DNA of 64,000 bases from a virus. Shown piece after piece: positions 39,784-49,528 of this stretch. Location: positions 50,932 through 114,931 of IMG/VR virus record IMGVR_UViG_3300036766_000837. One strand, 5' to 3'. The translations under genes and the position numbers were made by a program. Numbering within the stretch: the first letter of the stretch is position 1; the number at the start of each line of letters is the position of its first letter. Under the pieces are notes generated by a model. It had not been told where the DNA came from. It worked only from the letters and a program-made list of their open reading frames with translations, and did not search any database.

Positions 39784-40559
39784 GAAGATTCCTTTTTGAT
39801 ATTTTCCAAGAAATCTTCTATATTTTTCTCAAAATTTGCCATAAAAGTATCTATATCTTGTTCTTCTATTTTCTCTCCGCGCGCAAAGGAGAATGGAAAT
39901 GCTTTACATCCTACCCTATCGAATAGATATGCATTTACCCAAGTGATATTAACTGTATATTTTGTTCCACAATTTTCACACTCAACGATAGCAAAAGGAT
40001 TCGTTAATCCTTTGGGATAATGGACCTCAAATTTATTAATATCCGTAATAGGAACAAGTTTATTGCAGTTAGGACAAGGAGAATTTCCTATAGTTCTTTT
40101 TTCATTCATATTTTTTGTTATTTCCTTCACTTCCTCGTTAGAATCTAATAGTTGTTTTTCTAAAAAATCCTCACTAAACTTCATTTTTAACTCATCTACT
40201 GCCTTTCTAAGATGAGAATGTTCACCAGACTTTCCAAGTTGATATGATTCTGTTTTTTCATTACAAAAATTATTTATATGACCTAAATCGTTGTTTATTA
40301 TTCTTAATACTCCTGTCCCACAGTAAAAATTGGTTAACTCTTGCAAAGTATTATAATTCCCTGGATCGCTCATGTCAAACCCGGCATAGGCAAGTAACAT
40401 TAACAAATTATATTCTGATATATCCCCTCCGATAGCGATTCCATAGGCTAAGACGGATAAGATTTTATCTTCTTGATCGGAAGAATCTTTTATTTTGTCT
40501 AAATTATCTTTTAAATACCTAAAAGCATAGAATTCTATGGACATTTCTTTTCTAATCAT
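39780..40559 (-). CDS. Hypothetical protein with Zn ribbon
   Basis: CPNC...CENC. Confidence 0.6.
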   Translation of the reverse strand: MIRKEMSIEFYAFRYLKDNLDKIKDSSDQEDKILSVLAYGIAIGGDISEYNLLMLLAYAGFDMSDPGNYNTLQELTNFYCGTGVLRIINNDLGHINNFCNEKTESYQLGKSGEHSHLRKAVDELKMKFSEDFLEKQLLDSNEEVKEITKNMNEKRTIGNSPCPNCNKLVPITDINKFEVHYPKGLTNPFAIVECENCGTKYTVNITWVNAYLFDRVGCKAFPFSFARGEKIEEQDIDTFMANFEKNIEDFLENIKKESS

Positions 40560-40797
40560 ATCATATAAGACACATAGATTTATAAATTTTGGACTGATAA
40601 TCCTATATATTAAAACAAAACCATTAACTTTGGCCCTATAGTCCTATCTTTTAGTTTCTTAGTCTTATATAGAGAGTCACATCTTTTTTCTTGCCGCCCT
40701 ACGCGATTATACATCTTTTTTGAGGGTTTTGTCAAATCGGCAGAAAATGTTTAAAACTTTTTCTTTACATGATATACTATCATGGAAAGGAGAACGG

Positions 40798-41415
40798 GTG
40801 TCCGGTTCGTATACAAATGAAATCGAGTTAGTTAATATTACTTCAGACGCCGAATTTTTGATTGAGGATATAATTTGGTTTCAAAATGTTTTTTCTGACC
40901 AATGCGATCATTCAATCGAATGTGCTAGAGAGAAAATCCGATTAGAAATCGCAAACTCACGCCTTGATTGTCTCAAACATGCTTCCGCGACGTTTAGGAT
41001 ATCATGTTCTTTGTCCTGTCGAGAGTTATTATCACCTAATATTATAAATCTTTCATCAGAAAATGAAGAAAAACTTAAATATGAAAAGGAAACCTTCATT
41101 TATCCCGAAATTTTAGGCAGAGAAGATATACAAGGTAAATATCTATTTGAAGAACACATGAAAATCTGTTTTGAAGTGTATCAAAAGATGATGGAATATG
41201 GTTGGAATGAGGCAAATGCAGGGTTCGTTCTTCCAAGAGCGTGGAAGGTTCAAGTTTTTGCGACGATGAACTTCCTTGAATGGAGAAAATTTATCGAAAA
41301 ATGGTCGAAAAAGCCGATGGAGGCTGAAATTCGACAGATTTCAGATGAAATTTTTAAGACTTTATTCGAAAAAGCACCATCTTGCTTCGAAATTTTAATG
41401 AAGAGGCCAACTTAA
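40798..41415 (+). CDS. ThyX-like protein lacking the catalytic motif
   Basis: HASATF.I, A.FVLP, TMN..EW..FI, EIR..A/S scaffold present; RHRx7S absent; GTG after AAGGAG. Confidence 0.75.
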   Translation: MSGSYTNEIELVNITSDAEFLIEDIIWFQNVFSDQCDHSIECAREKIRLEIANSRLDCLKHASATFRISCSLSCRELLSPNIINLSSENEEKLKYEKETFIYPEILGREDIQGKYLFEEHMKICFEVYQKMMEYGWNEANAGFVLPRAWKVQVFATMNFLEWRKFIEKWSKKPMEAEIRQISDEIFKTLFEKAPSCFEILMKRPT

Positions 41416-41424
41416 GGAGGGAAA

Positions 41425-41712
41425 ATGGCGGAGATTAGTGATTTCGGCAATCTAGCCGGACTAAAATTGAAAAAGGTATCAAAACAAAAAGAGCAAACGG
41501 CCAAAAATGTAATATTATTAGGAATAATAGCACTTTTATTTAAATTTGTTGTTTTTTTAGGGACTTGGGTTGTTTATAACCATGTAATGCCAATTTTTAA
41601 CTTTCCCCATCTTAATTTTTGGGAATTTTTAGGTACAATTTATATTATTTTCTATACTGGAGGAGTTTTTCTACACAAAGGGTATCGTTTCAATAATAAT
41701 ATTGCAAAATAA
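41425..41712 (+). CDS. Two-TM membrane protein (possible holin component)
   Basis: Two hydrophobic segments; upstream of lysis genes. Confidence 0.5.
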   Translation: MAEISDFGNLAGLKLKKVSKQKEQTAKNVILLGIIALLFKFVVFLGTWVVYNHVMPIFNFPHLNFWEFLGTIYIIFYTGGVFLHKGYRFNNNIAK

Positions 41713-41768
41713 TTTCTATATTCTTATTATGAAAATAGAAGTAAATATTAAATATAGTGAGGGGTTGC

Positions 41769-42152
41769 ATGATTGAAATAGGGTCAATATTAACAGGAAA
41801 TATCAAAGATATTATAGTAGCATGTATAACCGGAACAGCATTACTTGGTGCCAGTTATATTGCGGCAAAAAAGGGAGCTACTAAGGGGTCTTCAAAAGGA
41901 AGTAAGGAATTGGGTGATCGGTTAGAGACTGGAAATGGAGACACCCTTGGAACAACTATTCATCATATAGAGCAAACACAAGAATTGATGGTTACACAAC
42001 TTCATTCTAATTCTCGTGATCTAACAAAACTTCATGATAAGATTGATAGTACATGTAGTAAACTTGATAACCACTTAATTGAAACCAAACCCCTATTAAA
42101 ATTTGTAACCAAACAAATGGAATCTAAAGTATCAAAAAGAAAGGATAGATAA
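41769..42152 (+). CDS. Holin-like protein (N-terminal TM plus coiled coil)
   Basis: IIVACITGTALLGASYIAA then heptads; TAATG coupling to endolysin. Confidence 0.55.
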   Translation: MIEIGSILTGNIKDIIVACITGTALLGASYIAAKKGATKGSSKGSKELGDRLETGNGDTLGTTIHHIEQTQELMVTQLHSNSRDLTKLHDKIDSTCSKLDNHLIETKPLLKFVTKQMESKVSKRKDR

Positions 42153-42814
42153 TGAGGAAGTATAGAATAAAATTAAGCAATAGAGATTCATGGTCTAAGA
42201 CATTAGATTTGAAACCCTTGATGGAGAGATGGACTTCTCTTGCCACAAATATGGGGGGTCCATATCGCCTTCGTCAACGAGACGTTAAAGATGCCGAATG
42301 GTCTCCTGCTAGAGCATTAAGTCCGACAAAGAAAAGATTGAATGCCCATATGATTCATGGAACCATCGGGGAGATATGGCTTACTGATACGGTAAAAACT
42401 CCTAATATCTCTACTATGATTGTAGATGTAAAACCTGATATTCCAGATTCTCCAGGAACTAAAGCTATAGATATTGTGAGATGGCAATTGTTCCATAATT
42501 TTAATTTGGAATCTTGGGGTATATGTGTTTGTAAAGATATTGCGGGGTCTTCTTCATATAGCCAACATGCCTATTGTAATGCTGAAGACTATCATGCAAT
42601 ATTTACAATAATGAGCAATGCCGCACATTGGTTGGCCACTAATGCAGCGAAAGATATCGTGAATTTTCCTGCCGCAGAAATTATATTCAATCGGCAGATT
42701 TGGACTCCATCGCAAGGATGGCATTATTATGGCGGAATAAATCCACATACCGATCATATCCATGTTTCAGGTTATCCTTTGCAATCTGGGTCCAATCTGG
42801 AGGCTTGCCACTAA
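42152..42814 (+). CDS. Endolysin, M15-like zinc peptidase (ARB-07466-like)
   Basis: SQHAYCNAED, IIFNRQIW, Y.G.NPHTDHIHVS. Confidence 0.8.
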   Translation: MRKYRIKLSNRDSWSKTLDLKPLMERWTSLATNMGGPYRLRQRDVKDAEWSPARALSPTKKRLNAHMIHGTIGEIWLTDTVKTPNISTMIVDVKPDIPDSPGTKAIDIVRWQLFHNFNLESWGICVCKDIAGSSSYSQHAYCNAEDYHAIFTIMSNAAHWLATNAAKDIVNFPAAEIIFNRQIWTPSQGWHYYGGINPHTDHIHVSGYPLQSGSNLEACH

Positions 42815-42907
42815 TTTGACAAACATATTCTGGCCGAAGATAATGGGAGAGAAAGTTTAACAGATTAGGGACAAAAATTCATTTTGGCCAAAATGGAGGT
42901 GAATTAA

Positions 42908-43159
42908 TTGGCAAATGTAATAGCTGATAATGCAAAGTTTGGAGAGATGTTGGTATGGGCAAATATAGCGGCCGATACTCCTATAGTCTATGCATATATA
43001 TGCCCAGTAGGAACCCATCCCGTGGTTTCTGCGGTAAGACTTCAATATTATGATGCAGATTATGATGGGGCTGTTGATGATGCTACTGAGGGTGTCGCGA
43101 TTTGCCCATCCCACTCCGCAACATTAACATCAGAAACGGCAGTTGATGTAAGTCCCTAG
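42908..43159 (+). CDS. Small acidic protein in its own transcription unit
   Basis: TTGACA-N17-GATAAT promoter, GGAGGTG SD, terminator at 43181-43214; CxxxxH...CxxH. Confidence 0.75.
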   Translation: MANVIADNAKFGEMLVWANIAADTPIVYAYICPVGTHPVVSAVRLQYYDADYDGAVDDATEGVAICPSHSATLTSETAVDVSP

Positions 43160-43180
43160 TTAATATAAAATATCTGTCGA

Positions 43181-43214
43181 AGAGGGGGGAAGTCACCAAA
43201 ATTTCCCCCTTTTT
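43181..43214 (+). terminator. Intrinsic terminator
   Basis: AGGGGGGAAG...TTTCCCCCT followed by TTTT. Confidence 0.65.
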
Positions 43215-43225
43215 GATATAATCAT

Positions 43226-43299
43226 GGAGATGCAAGCTCTGAGGCTGAGCGTCCGGTTGTGGTCCGGAAGGTCGGTGGGTTCAAATCCCCCGCATCTCC
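43226..43299 (+). tRNA. tRNA-His(GTG)
   Basis: G-1:C73 8-bp acceptor GGAGATGC/GCATCTCC; TCCGG-TTGTGGT-CCGGA; TTCAAAT loop; TGaTATAAT just upstream. Confidence 0.9.
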
Positions 43300-43325
43300 C
43301 GACCTATATAGAATAGGAGGAAGTT

Positions 43326-43550
43326 ATGTTTTGTTGCGTATGTGCTGGAAGTTGTTGCCATACAGGACCACATTCATATTGTTGGAAACATAGTCAGAAT
43401 TTATTGGAAAGAATTTGGCCGCCCATTCCTCAAGTTTATTGTAATCATTGTTATTGTATTGATGTCCCCCCTACATTTAATAGACCCCGATTGCATACTA
43501 GGTGTTGCAAATGTTGGAACATACAGTTAAAACATGGAATATTGAAGTGA
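43326..43550 (+). CDS. Cys/His-rich small protein
   Basis: SD AGGAGG; GTGA overlap with epimerase start. Confidence 0.55.
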   Translation: MFCCVCAGSCCHTGPHSYCWKHSQNLLERIWPPIPQVYCNHCYCIDVPPTFNRPRLHTRCCKCWNIQLKHGILK

Positions 43551-44437
43551 AAATTCTTCTTATTGGTGGTTGCGGATACATAGGTTCTAAATTATATGAA
43601 GAATTAATTAATAATTCGTATGACGTAGATACCGTAGATATTGAGTGGTTTGGAAATTATGTCAATAAGAATAATCAAAAAATCTTATATAGTGAATTAC
43701 GGGAAAGCACTCTTCGGAATTATCAGATTATAATCTTGACTGCTGCTTATTCTAGTGTTGCTATGTGTGAGATTAATCCCCTGGCTTCTGTTGTAAGTAA
43801 TGTTAACAATTTCATACAATTGTTGGACAAAATAAGTAATGGCCGAAAATTTATATATATGAGTAGTTCAAGTGTATATAATGGAAGATTTTTTGCATCG
43901 GAGGAGACTCCTATAAATGAGGCCACAAACTATTACGACCTTACTAAATTTTTTGCGGACTTATGGGCAAAGATTTCCGACAAAGAGTTTTATGGACTTC
44001 GACTTGGGACGGTAAACGGATTTTCTCCGAATCTTCGCTCCGATATCATGATAAACAAGATGGTTTTATCCGCAAAAGATTCTGGTAAAATTGAGGTATA
44101 TAATCCATATAATGCGCGACCAATTCTTGGCATTAACGATCTTTGCCGCGCAATTATTGCTATAATAGAAGGGGATGACCGTCGAGGCATTTATAATCTT
44201 TCCAGTTTTGACGATATGATAGGAAATATTGCAGAAGATGTTGCTAAAATACTTAACATACCGATTTATGATATGGGGGAAAATAAGGCATATGATTTCA
44301 GTATCAGAACGGTAAAGTTTCAAAAAACATACGATTTCATTTTTAATGACACTATCGAATCAATCGTTGAGTCTTTAAATGGGGGATTGGAGAATGGGAC
44401 CATCAAAAACATACAAGGCAGGCCAATATCTGTATGA
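43547..44437 (+). CDS. NAD-dependent sugar epimerase/dehydratase
   Basis: GGCGYIG, SSSSVY, YDLTK, LRLGTV.G. Confidence 0.93.
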   Translation: MKILLIGGCGYIGSKLYEELINNSYDVDTVDIEWFGNYVNKNNQKILYSELRESTLRNYQIIILTAAYSSVAMCEINPLASVVSNVNNFIQLLDKISNGRKFIYMSSSSVYNGRFFASEETPINEATNYYDLTKFFADLWAKISDKEFYGLRLGTVNGFSPNLRSDIMINKMVLSAKDSGKIEVYNPYNARPILGINDLCRAIIAIIEGDDRRGIYNLSSFDDMIGNIAEDVAKILNIPIYDMGENKAYDFSIRTVKFQKTYDFIFNDTIESIVESLNGGLENGTIKNIQGRPISV

Positions 44438-45653
44438 ACAAATAGATAGATGCCGATGTTGTGGTAAGGCGTGGTTGACCCAATATCTTGATTTGGGATA
44501 TCAACCATTGGCGAATGAATATTCCAAAACAGACTCTATCATCGAAAAAAGATTTCCACTTAAAGTAAATTTATGCGAGAATTGTTTCCATTCTCAATTA
44601 TCTATTGTAGTTAATCCAGATTTAATATTTAAAGAATATCTATATGTAAGTGGGACAACATGGACTTTACATAATCATTTTAAACTTTTGGCTGAAGATG
44701 CGATGAGGCGTGTAGGACAAAACCATCCGATGGTTCTTGATATAGCCTGTAATGATGGAACCCTTCTGCAAAAATTTAAGGCTTTTGGGGCTGAGGTTTA
44801 TGGTGTTGATCCGGCAAAGAATCTTCGCAAAATAACTACAGAGAAAAATCTTAACGTGATAGTGGATTATTGGAACTCTGAAACAGCTAAGAGGCTAAGT
44901 AAAAGATTTGATATCATAACAGCTACTAATGTTTTTGCCCATGTTGATAATATACAAGAATTTCTAATAACATGTATGGGATATCTCAATCCGGATGGTA
45001 TTATCATTTTGGAGTTTCCATACTGCAATGAATTAATTGTCAACAATGAGTTCGACACGATATATCATGAACACTTATCCTATTTTCTAGTAAACTCATT
45101 TTCTTTTTTGGCCGACTCAGTTGGCTTGATAATAGACGATATCATAACTACTTCAATTCACGGAGGAAGCATCAGATTTTTCTTAAAGTTGTCAAAAGAA
45201 TACAAAAGGTATCAAACCGATACGCAATTGGCATATATCGAGAAGGAGAGAAAGGCCGGACTTCTTGAAAAGAAAACCTATGAGAAGTTCTCCCGCAATA
45301 TAGTTGGGATTAAATATGAGATACTAAATGTCCTGTCTAAATTCGACGGGATGGGTATTCCAGTTGTGGGATATGGAGCATCAGCTAAGGGAAATACGAT
45401 GCTTAATTATATTGATTCCCCATTAAAATATATAGTTGACGATAATCCGTTGAAATATGGGCACTTCACTCCTGGCCAGCATATACCAATTGTTGAGACA
45501 AAAATTCTTTCAACCGATAAATCGCCTTTGGCAATAGTCATATTGTCTTGGAATTTCTATGATGAGATTAAACAAAAGATTCTTGAACGGCGTAGGGGGT
45601 TGACGACATATCTAATTAGATATATACCAAAAGTGGAGGCCGAAGAATTATAA
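44394..45653 (+). CDS. NDP-hexose C-methyltransferase
   Basis: CRCC...C..C Zn site, LG.QPLAN, DIACNDG, NVFAH, FDTIYHEH, YGASAKG, SWNF..EI. Confidence 0.93.
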   Translation: MGPSKTYKAGQYLYEQIDRCRCCGKAWLTQYLDLGYQPLANEYSKTDSIIEKRFPLKVNLCENCFHSQLSIVVNPDLIFKEYLYVSGTTWTLHNHFKLLAEDAMRRVGQNHPMVLDIACNDGTLLQKFKAFGAEVYGVDPAKNLRKITTEKNLNVIVDYWNSETAKRLSKRFDIITATNVFAHVDNIQEFLITCMGYLNPDGIIILEFPYCNELIVNNEFDTIYHEHLSYFLVNSFSFLADSVGLIIDDIITTSIHGGSIRFFLKLSKEYKRYQTDTQLAYIEKERKAGLLEKKTYEKFSRNIVGIKYEILNVLSKFDGMGIPVVGYGASAKGNTMLNYIDSPLKYIVDDNPLKYGHFTPGQHIPIVETKILSTDKSPLAIVILSWNFYDEIKQKILERRRGLTTYLIRYIPKVEAEEL

Positions 45654-46391
45654 ATGATAGATATTATTATGCCAGTATATTATAATTATGATATAGCAGA
45701 ACTTAATATTAAACATTTTTCAAAAAATATCTTTGGTGATTATCGATTATTGGTTTGTGATAATACCGATCCATCAAGAAGAGATATTGCAAGGTTTGAG
45801 GGATTTAAGGTATTGGATTCAAATGTAGAATTATTTGATTTTCCCCCGTCTGGCAGTGATGGGGTCAACCATGGAACTACCATAGATTTTATGAAAGAAT
45901 TTACTAAAACAGATATTGTAGGAACTATCGATAGTGATTTCTTTTGGTTGATGCCGGAAATTTTGGATTATGTTCAGGAACTTTTTGCCGAAGGATATCT
46001 TGCCATTGGTTGTGCCGGATGGTATCCTGATTGGCAAGCTAGAATAGATTTGGTACATCCCCAAAGGGCCGGTCATCTTGCCCCTGTTATTTGGGGACAA
46101 TTTTTAACTAAAGAACTTATGGCGGTAGATACTTTTGTATGCACAAGCGAGGAGGGGGGAACGGTACATGAAACGGGTTGGAGGATAAGGGAATATATAA
46201 TTAAAAATAAAATTAAAAATAAGATATTCCCCGGATTTTTCAAAGAAAATCAATCTGATAGAAATTGGTGTTTCTTTGGAGAGGAAGAATGTCCCATTGG
46301 ATTTCATGTTATGAAAACTACCCATCGGTCGGTTGATTATGATATGATATTCAAGGAATTGGAAATCGGGGTTGGCGAATGGTTGATTTAG
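45654..46391 (+). CDS. GT-A glycosyltransferase
   Basis: IIMPVY, DN, HG, IDSDFF. Confidence 0.7.
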   Translation: MIDIIMPVYYNYDIAELNIKHFSKNIFGDYRLLVCDNTDPSRRDIARFEGFKVLDSNVELFDFPPSGSDGVNHGTTIDFMKEFTKTDIVGTIDSDFFWLMPEILDYVQELFAEGYLAIGCAGWYPDWQARIDLVHPQRAGHLAPVIWGQFLTKELMAVDTFVCTSEEGGTVHETGWRIREYIIKNKIKNKIFPGFFKENQSDRNWCFFGEEECPIGFHVMKTTHRSVDYDMIFKELEIGVGEWLI

Positions 46392-47179
46392 TAGTTATAT
46401 CTCATTTCTATAATGAGGAATTTTTACTACCATTTTGGTTAGATCATCATAGGCGTATATTCGACCACGGAATTTTAATAGATTATCAATCTACTGACAA
46501 ATCTATCGATATCATCAACGATTTAGTTCCTGATTGGGAGATACGGTCTTCTAGAAATAAGATGTTTTCTGCCATAGATTGTGATTCAGAGGTTATGGAT
46601 ATAGAATCGGAATTTTCTGGATGGAAGATTGCCCTTAACATCACTGAATTTATTCTTCATCCAGCACTTAAGAAATATTGTGAAGATTATGAAGATTTCT
46701 ATAAAGAAAAAAGTGTGGGATTTAAGATGATGGGTATCGATATGATTGATAAATATGAAGATAAAGATAGAGAAATTTCTATGGAAGTTCCTTTAATAAC
46801 CCAATGTCATACAGGGCAGGCAAATCTAGCCGGACCTAGGAATCGTTTTATCCACCATGCTTCTCATGGATCATATTTATGGGGTAGACATTTCACACAA
46901 CATCAAGGATATATTCCTATAAGTTCTCAGGTTGCCTGTTTATGGTATGGGTGGTCTCCTTTCAGATATATAAAAGAAAGAAAACTACAGATTCAAACAA
47001 AGATTCCTCAATGGGATAAAGAGAGGGGATTAGGAAGTGAACATATACTAACCCCAGAAAGTCTTGAAGAAAAATTTATTCAGGAATCTTCTAGGGCTGA
47101 AGATATCTTCAATAATTTTTATCTAAAGATGCTATTCAGAGCAACATCACTGAGTCTGTATGGGTTGGATATTGTATGA
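46379..47179 (+). CDS. Glycosyltransferase family 2-like
   Basis: FYNEE.LLP.W..HH...FD....D..STD.S. Confidence 0.8.
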   Translation: MVDLVVISHFYNEEFLLPFWLDHHRRIFDHGILIDYQSTDKSIDIINDLVPDWEIRSSRNKMFSAIDCDSEVMDIESEFSGWKIALNITEFILHPALKKYCEDYEDFYKEKSVGFKMMGIDMIDKYEDKDREISMEVPLITQCHTGQANLAGPRNRFIHHASHGSYLWGRHFTQHQGYIPISSQVACLWYGWSPFRYIKERKLQIQTKIPQWDKERGLGSEHILTPESLEEKFIQESSRAEDIFNNFYLKMLFRATSLSLYGLDIV

Positions 47180-48051
47180 AGATATTATTTTGCGGTGCAT
47201 ACGGATATGGGAATGTTGGTGATGATATCTATAAAAATATCGTGGTTGATAATCTACCAGGTCATGAATGTGTTTTCGATTCGCCATATCCAGATGTCGA
47301 AGCGGTTTCTCATGTAGATGCCGTCGTTATGGGCGGCGGAGGAATCATCTATAAGACAGCAACTTCTCATTTTCGTTACATGAAGATGTATATGGATGAA
47401 TGTTTGGAACAAGAAAAACCTCTCTGCTTCTTAAGTTGTGGATTGCAATTTCAGGCAGAGATAGATTACGATGATTCTGAAAGTGTTAGAGAGGTTATGA
47501 AGGAATGGATTCCCTATTTTGAAGCGGCAAAACTCATAACTCTTCGTTCCCCAAAATGTGTAGAGATAGTAAAGGAATTATGTCCAGAATCTAATGCGCA
47601 TTATTTTCCAGATTTGGGGTATGCGGTGGAGCCGTCAAAATATCGACTGTGTTCAGATGATAACTATCCACTATTTATTCCGCGAACAAATCCTCTCCAC
47701 GATAAAGCTTGGGATGAGATGATTATCATTTCCACAACCTATAGTCGGCCGATATTTGTGGCCATAGCCGCTGAAGATGTCGATATAATAGATATGATGG
47801 TTAAGGAACGTAAGTTTGAGGATGGTGCCAGAAGCAGAAAATATATTACTCCAGAAGAGATGGCATCGTTGATAATTCATTCCGAGATAGTGTATACTCA
47901 AAGATACCACGCGATGGTTATGGCACATGCATTCGGGATACCAGTTATCACGTTCAGTAATGCATACAAGGTTGTAAATGAGATTATTCCGCCGAATAGA
48001 ATGATGGCATTAGAGGCTATAAATAAATTAAAGGAGGCATTGAAGGTTTGA
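47176..48051 (+). CDS. Polysaccharide pyruvyltransferase family protein
   Basis: G.YG.GNVGDD, MGGGG, ITLR, PDL, RYHA. Confidence 0.9.
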   Translation: MKILFCGAYGYGNVGDDIYKNIVVDNLPGHECVFDSPYPDVEAVSHVDAVVMGGGGIIYKTATSHFRYMKMYMDECLEQEKPLCFLSCGLQFQAEIDYDDSESVREVMKEWIPYFEAAKLITLRSPKCVEIVKELCPESNAHYFPDLGYAVEPSKYRLCSDDNYPLFIPRTNPLHDKAWDEMIIISTTYSRPIFVAIAAEDVDIIDMMVKERKFEDGARSRKYITPEEMASLIIHSEIVYTQRYHAMVMAHAFGIPVITFSNAYKVVNEIIPPNRMMALEAINKLKEALKV

Positions 48052-48275
48052 TTCTAACAGAAGTAGCGAAAGAATATATCTCAAAGTGCCCTTATTGTGC
48101 TGGTTGTGGACATAAACAAACTTTATTCGCCGCTCTCGAAACTTCTATAAATGAGACAATCATCTTAAGGTCTTTGGTTCAAGAAGTTATTGATGGTTAT
48201 AATGCTCCTGAAATTGAGGATTTTGATTGGGAAGGTTGGTATAAGCGGGCAATTGATGACATAGCAGGGGGGTAA
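48048..48275 (+). CDS. Hypothetical protein
   Basis: Overlaps upstream stop; SD AGGAGG. Confidence 0.55.
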   Translation: MILTEVAKEYISKCPYCAGCGHKQTLFAALETSINETIILRSLVQEVIDGYNAPEIEDFDWEGWYKRAIDDIAGG

Positions 48276-48277
48276 GT

Positions 48278-49399
48278 ATGGGGAATAAAATAGTTTCTCC
48301 AGAGGTCGAATTTACATCAGATGTGGGAGTCTGGAACCTTTTACAAATTCCATTTTATGCAACCCATCTTAAAAAGGATAGCCCTGTTTTAATGTTATTT
48401 AATTGGCTTACTTCAAACAGGGTTTTTAATGGAGAAATAAAAGGAACCATCCTTACTTCATCGAATATGAAACTCTTAATAGAAATTGATAATTGTTTAG
48501 TATATGTTACCCTCTATACCTCAACAGGAGAAATTTCCGTAGAAATATCTGCCCCTACAATTGATATTGGAAATAAAGTGTTGGCTAGCCTTAAAGAAAA
48601 ATTTCCTGAACTTGAACCGCATAAGACACATGAAGTTCCTGTGTCTTTTTGGTCACTAAGTCCTAATGGCCCTACATCTGTTGTTAGGAACCTCTTAGTT
48701 CCAGAATGGAATAATATGTGTATAAATTATGCGGCCCAAACCAGACAAAGCATTCAAGACTTTATTAATAAACCTTTACTTACTGCTGGTCATTTAATTT
48801 TGTGGTCAGGAGAACCAGGAACGGGAAAGACATATGCTATTCGCGCCTTGGGTTGGGAATGGAAGGATTGGTGTAAGATTCACTACATTACTGATCCTGA
48901 AATATTTTTTGGCGAAAGTGCTACATATATGATTCAAGTCCTTCTCAACAATGAAGATGAAAAAAAATGGCGGCTACTTCTTTTAGAAGATACAGGAGAA
49001 CTTCTTGCTGCGGATGCTAAAATGAATACGGGGCAAGGACTTTCTAGACTGTTAAATACAGTGGATGGCCTTATTGGACAAGGGTTAAAGATTTTAACCA
49101 TGATTACAACAAATGAAAATGTAGGTAAGTTCCACCCCGCCATTTCTCGCCCAGGAAGATGTGTTAATCACATTAAATTTAACAAACTTGATATTCAAGA
49201 AGCTAATAATTGGCTGATTAATAAAAATATAGATAAAGAAGTTTCTCAACCAATTACAATAGCAGAACTTTATAATTTTATTGGGGAACAAAGACTTTTT
49301 ATAGAAGAGGAAAGGAAAGTAGGTTTTCTTCCTTTTTCATATAGAGAATCTTCGATTGAGGTATCTCCACTGATGATTCCAGATATGGTAGAATCTTAA
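48278..49399 (+). CDS. AAA+ ATPase (DUF5925-like)
   Basis: GEPGTGKT, LLLLED, LSRLLN..DG..GQG, TTNE, RPGRC. Confidence 0.9.
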   Translation: MGNKIVSPEVEFTSDVGVWNLLQIPFYATHLKKDSPVLMLFNWLTSNRVFNGEIKGTILTSSNMKLLIEIDNCLVYVTLYTSTGEISVEISAPTIDIGNKVLASLKEKFPELEPHKTHEVPVSFWSLSPNGPTSVVRNLLVPEWNNMCINYAAQTRQSIQDFINKPLLTAGHLILWSGEPGTGKTYAIRALGWEWKDWCKIHYITDPEIFFGESATYMIQVLLNNEDEKKWRLLLLEDTGELLAADAKMNTGQGLSRLLNTVDGLIGQGLKILTMITTNENVGKFHPAISRPGRCVNHIKFNKLDIQEANNWLINKNIDKEVSQPITIAELYNFIGEQRLFIEEERKVGFLPFSYRESSIEVSPLMIPDMVES

Positions 49400-49411
49400 A
49401 GGAGGAAGATT

Positions 49412-49528
49412 ATGGGGAACATCGGAAAGGTTAAGAGGATTATCCAGGTGGAACCTGTTCCGGAAGAAGTTCCGGTAACCGTTCCTGAGGAAGTTCCAGA
49501 AGAAGAGAGAGTTCCCGCCAATGGATGA
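49412..49528 (+). CDS. 38-aa Pro/Glu-rich peptide (absent from ORF track)
   Basis: AAGGAGG SD; MGNIGKVKRIIQVEPVPEEVPVTVPEEVPEEERVPANG. Confidence 0.75.
   Translation: MGNIGKVKRIIQVEPVPEEVPVTVPEEVPEEERVPANG

Noticed and set aside
376-45656. Several in-frame TAA-ATG junctions (891/892, 16661/16662, 35343/35344, 45653/45654) suggesting stop-codon recoding
   Set aside because: Each side is a complete protein with its own family motifs, long genes are intact in the standard code, and no suppressor tRNA is present; simple translational coupling explains it
31931-48051. Host capsule locus joined to a prophage
   Set aside because: Sugar genes are interleaved with nrdJ, lysis genes and phage tRNAs, match the phage base composition by eye, and lack export or polymerase genes
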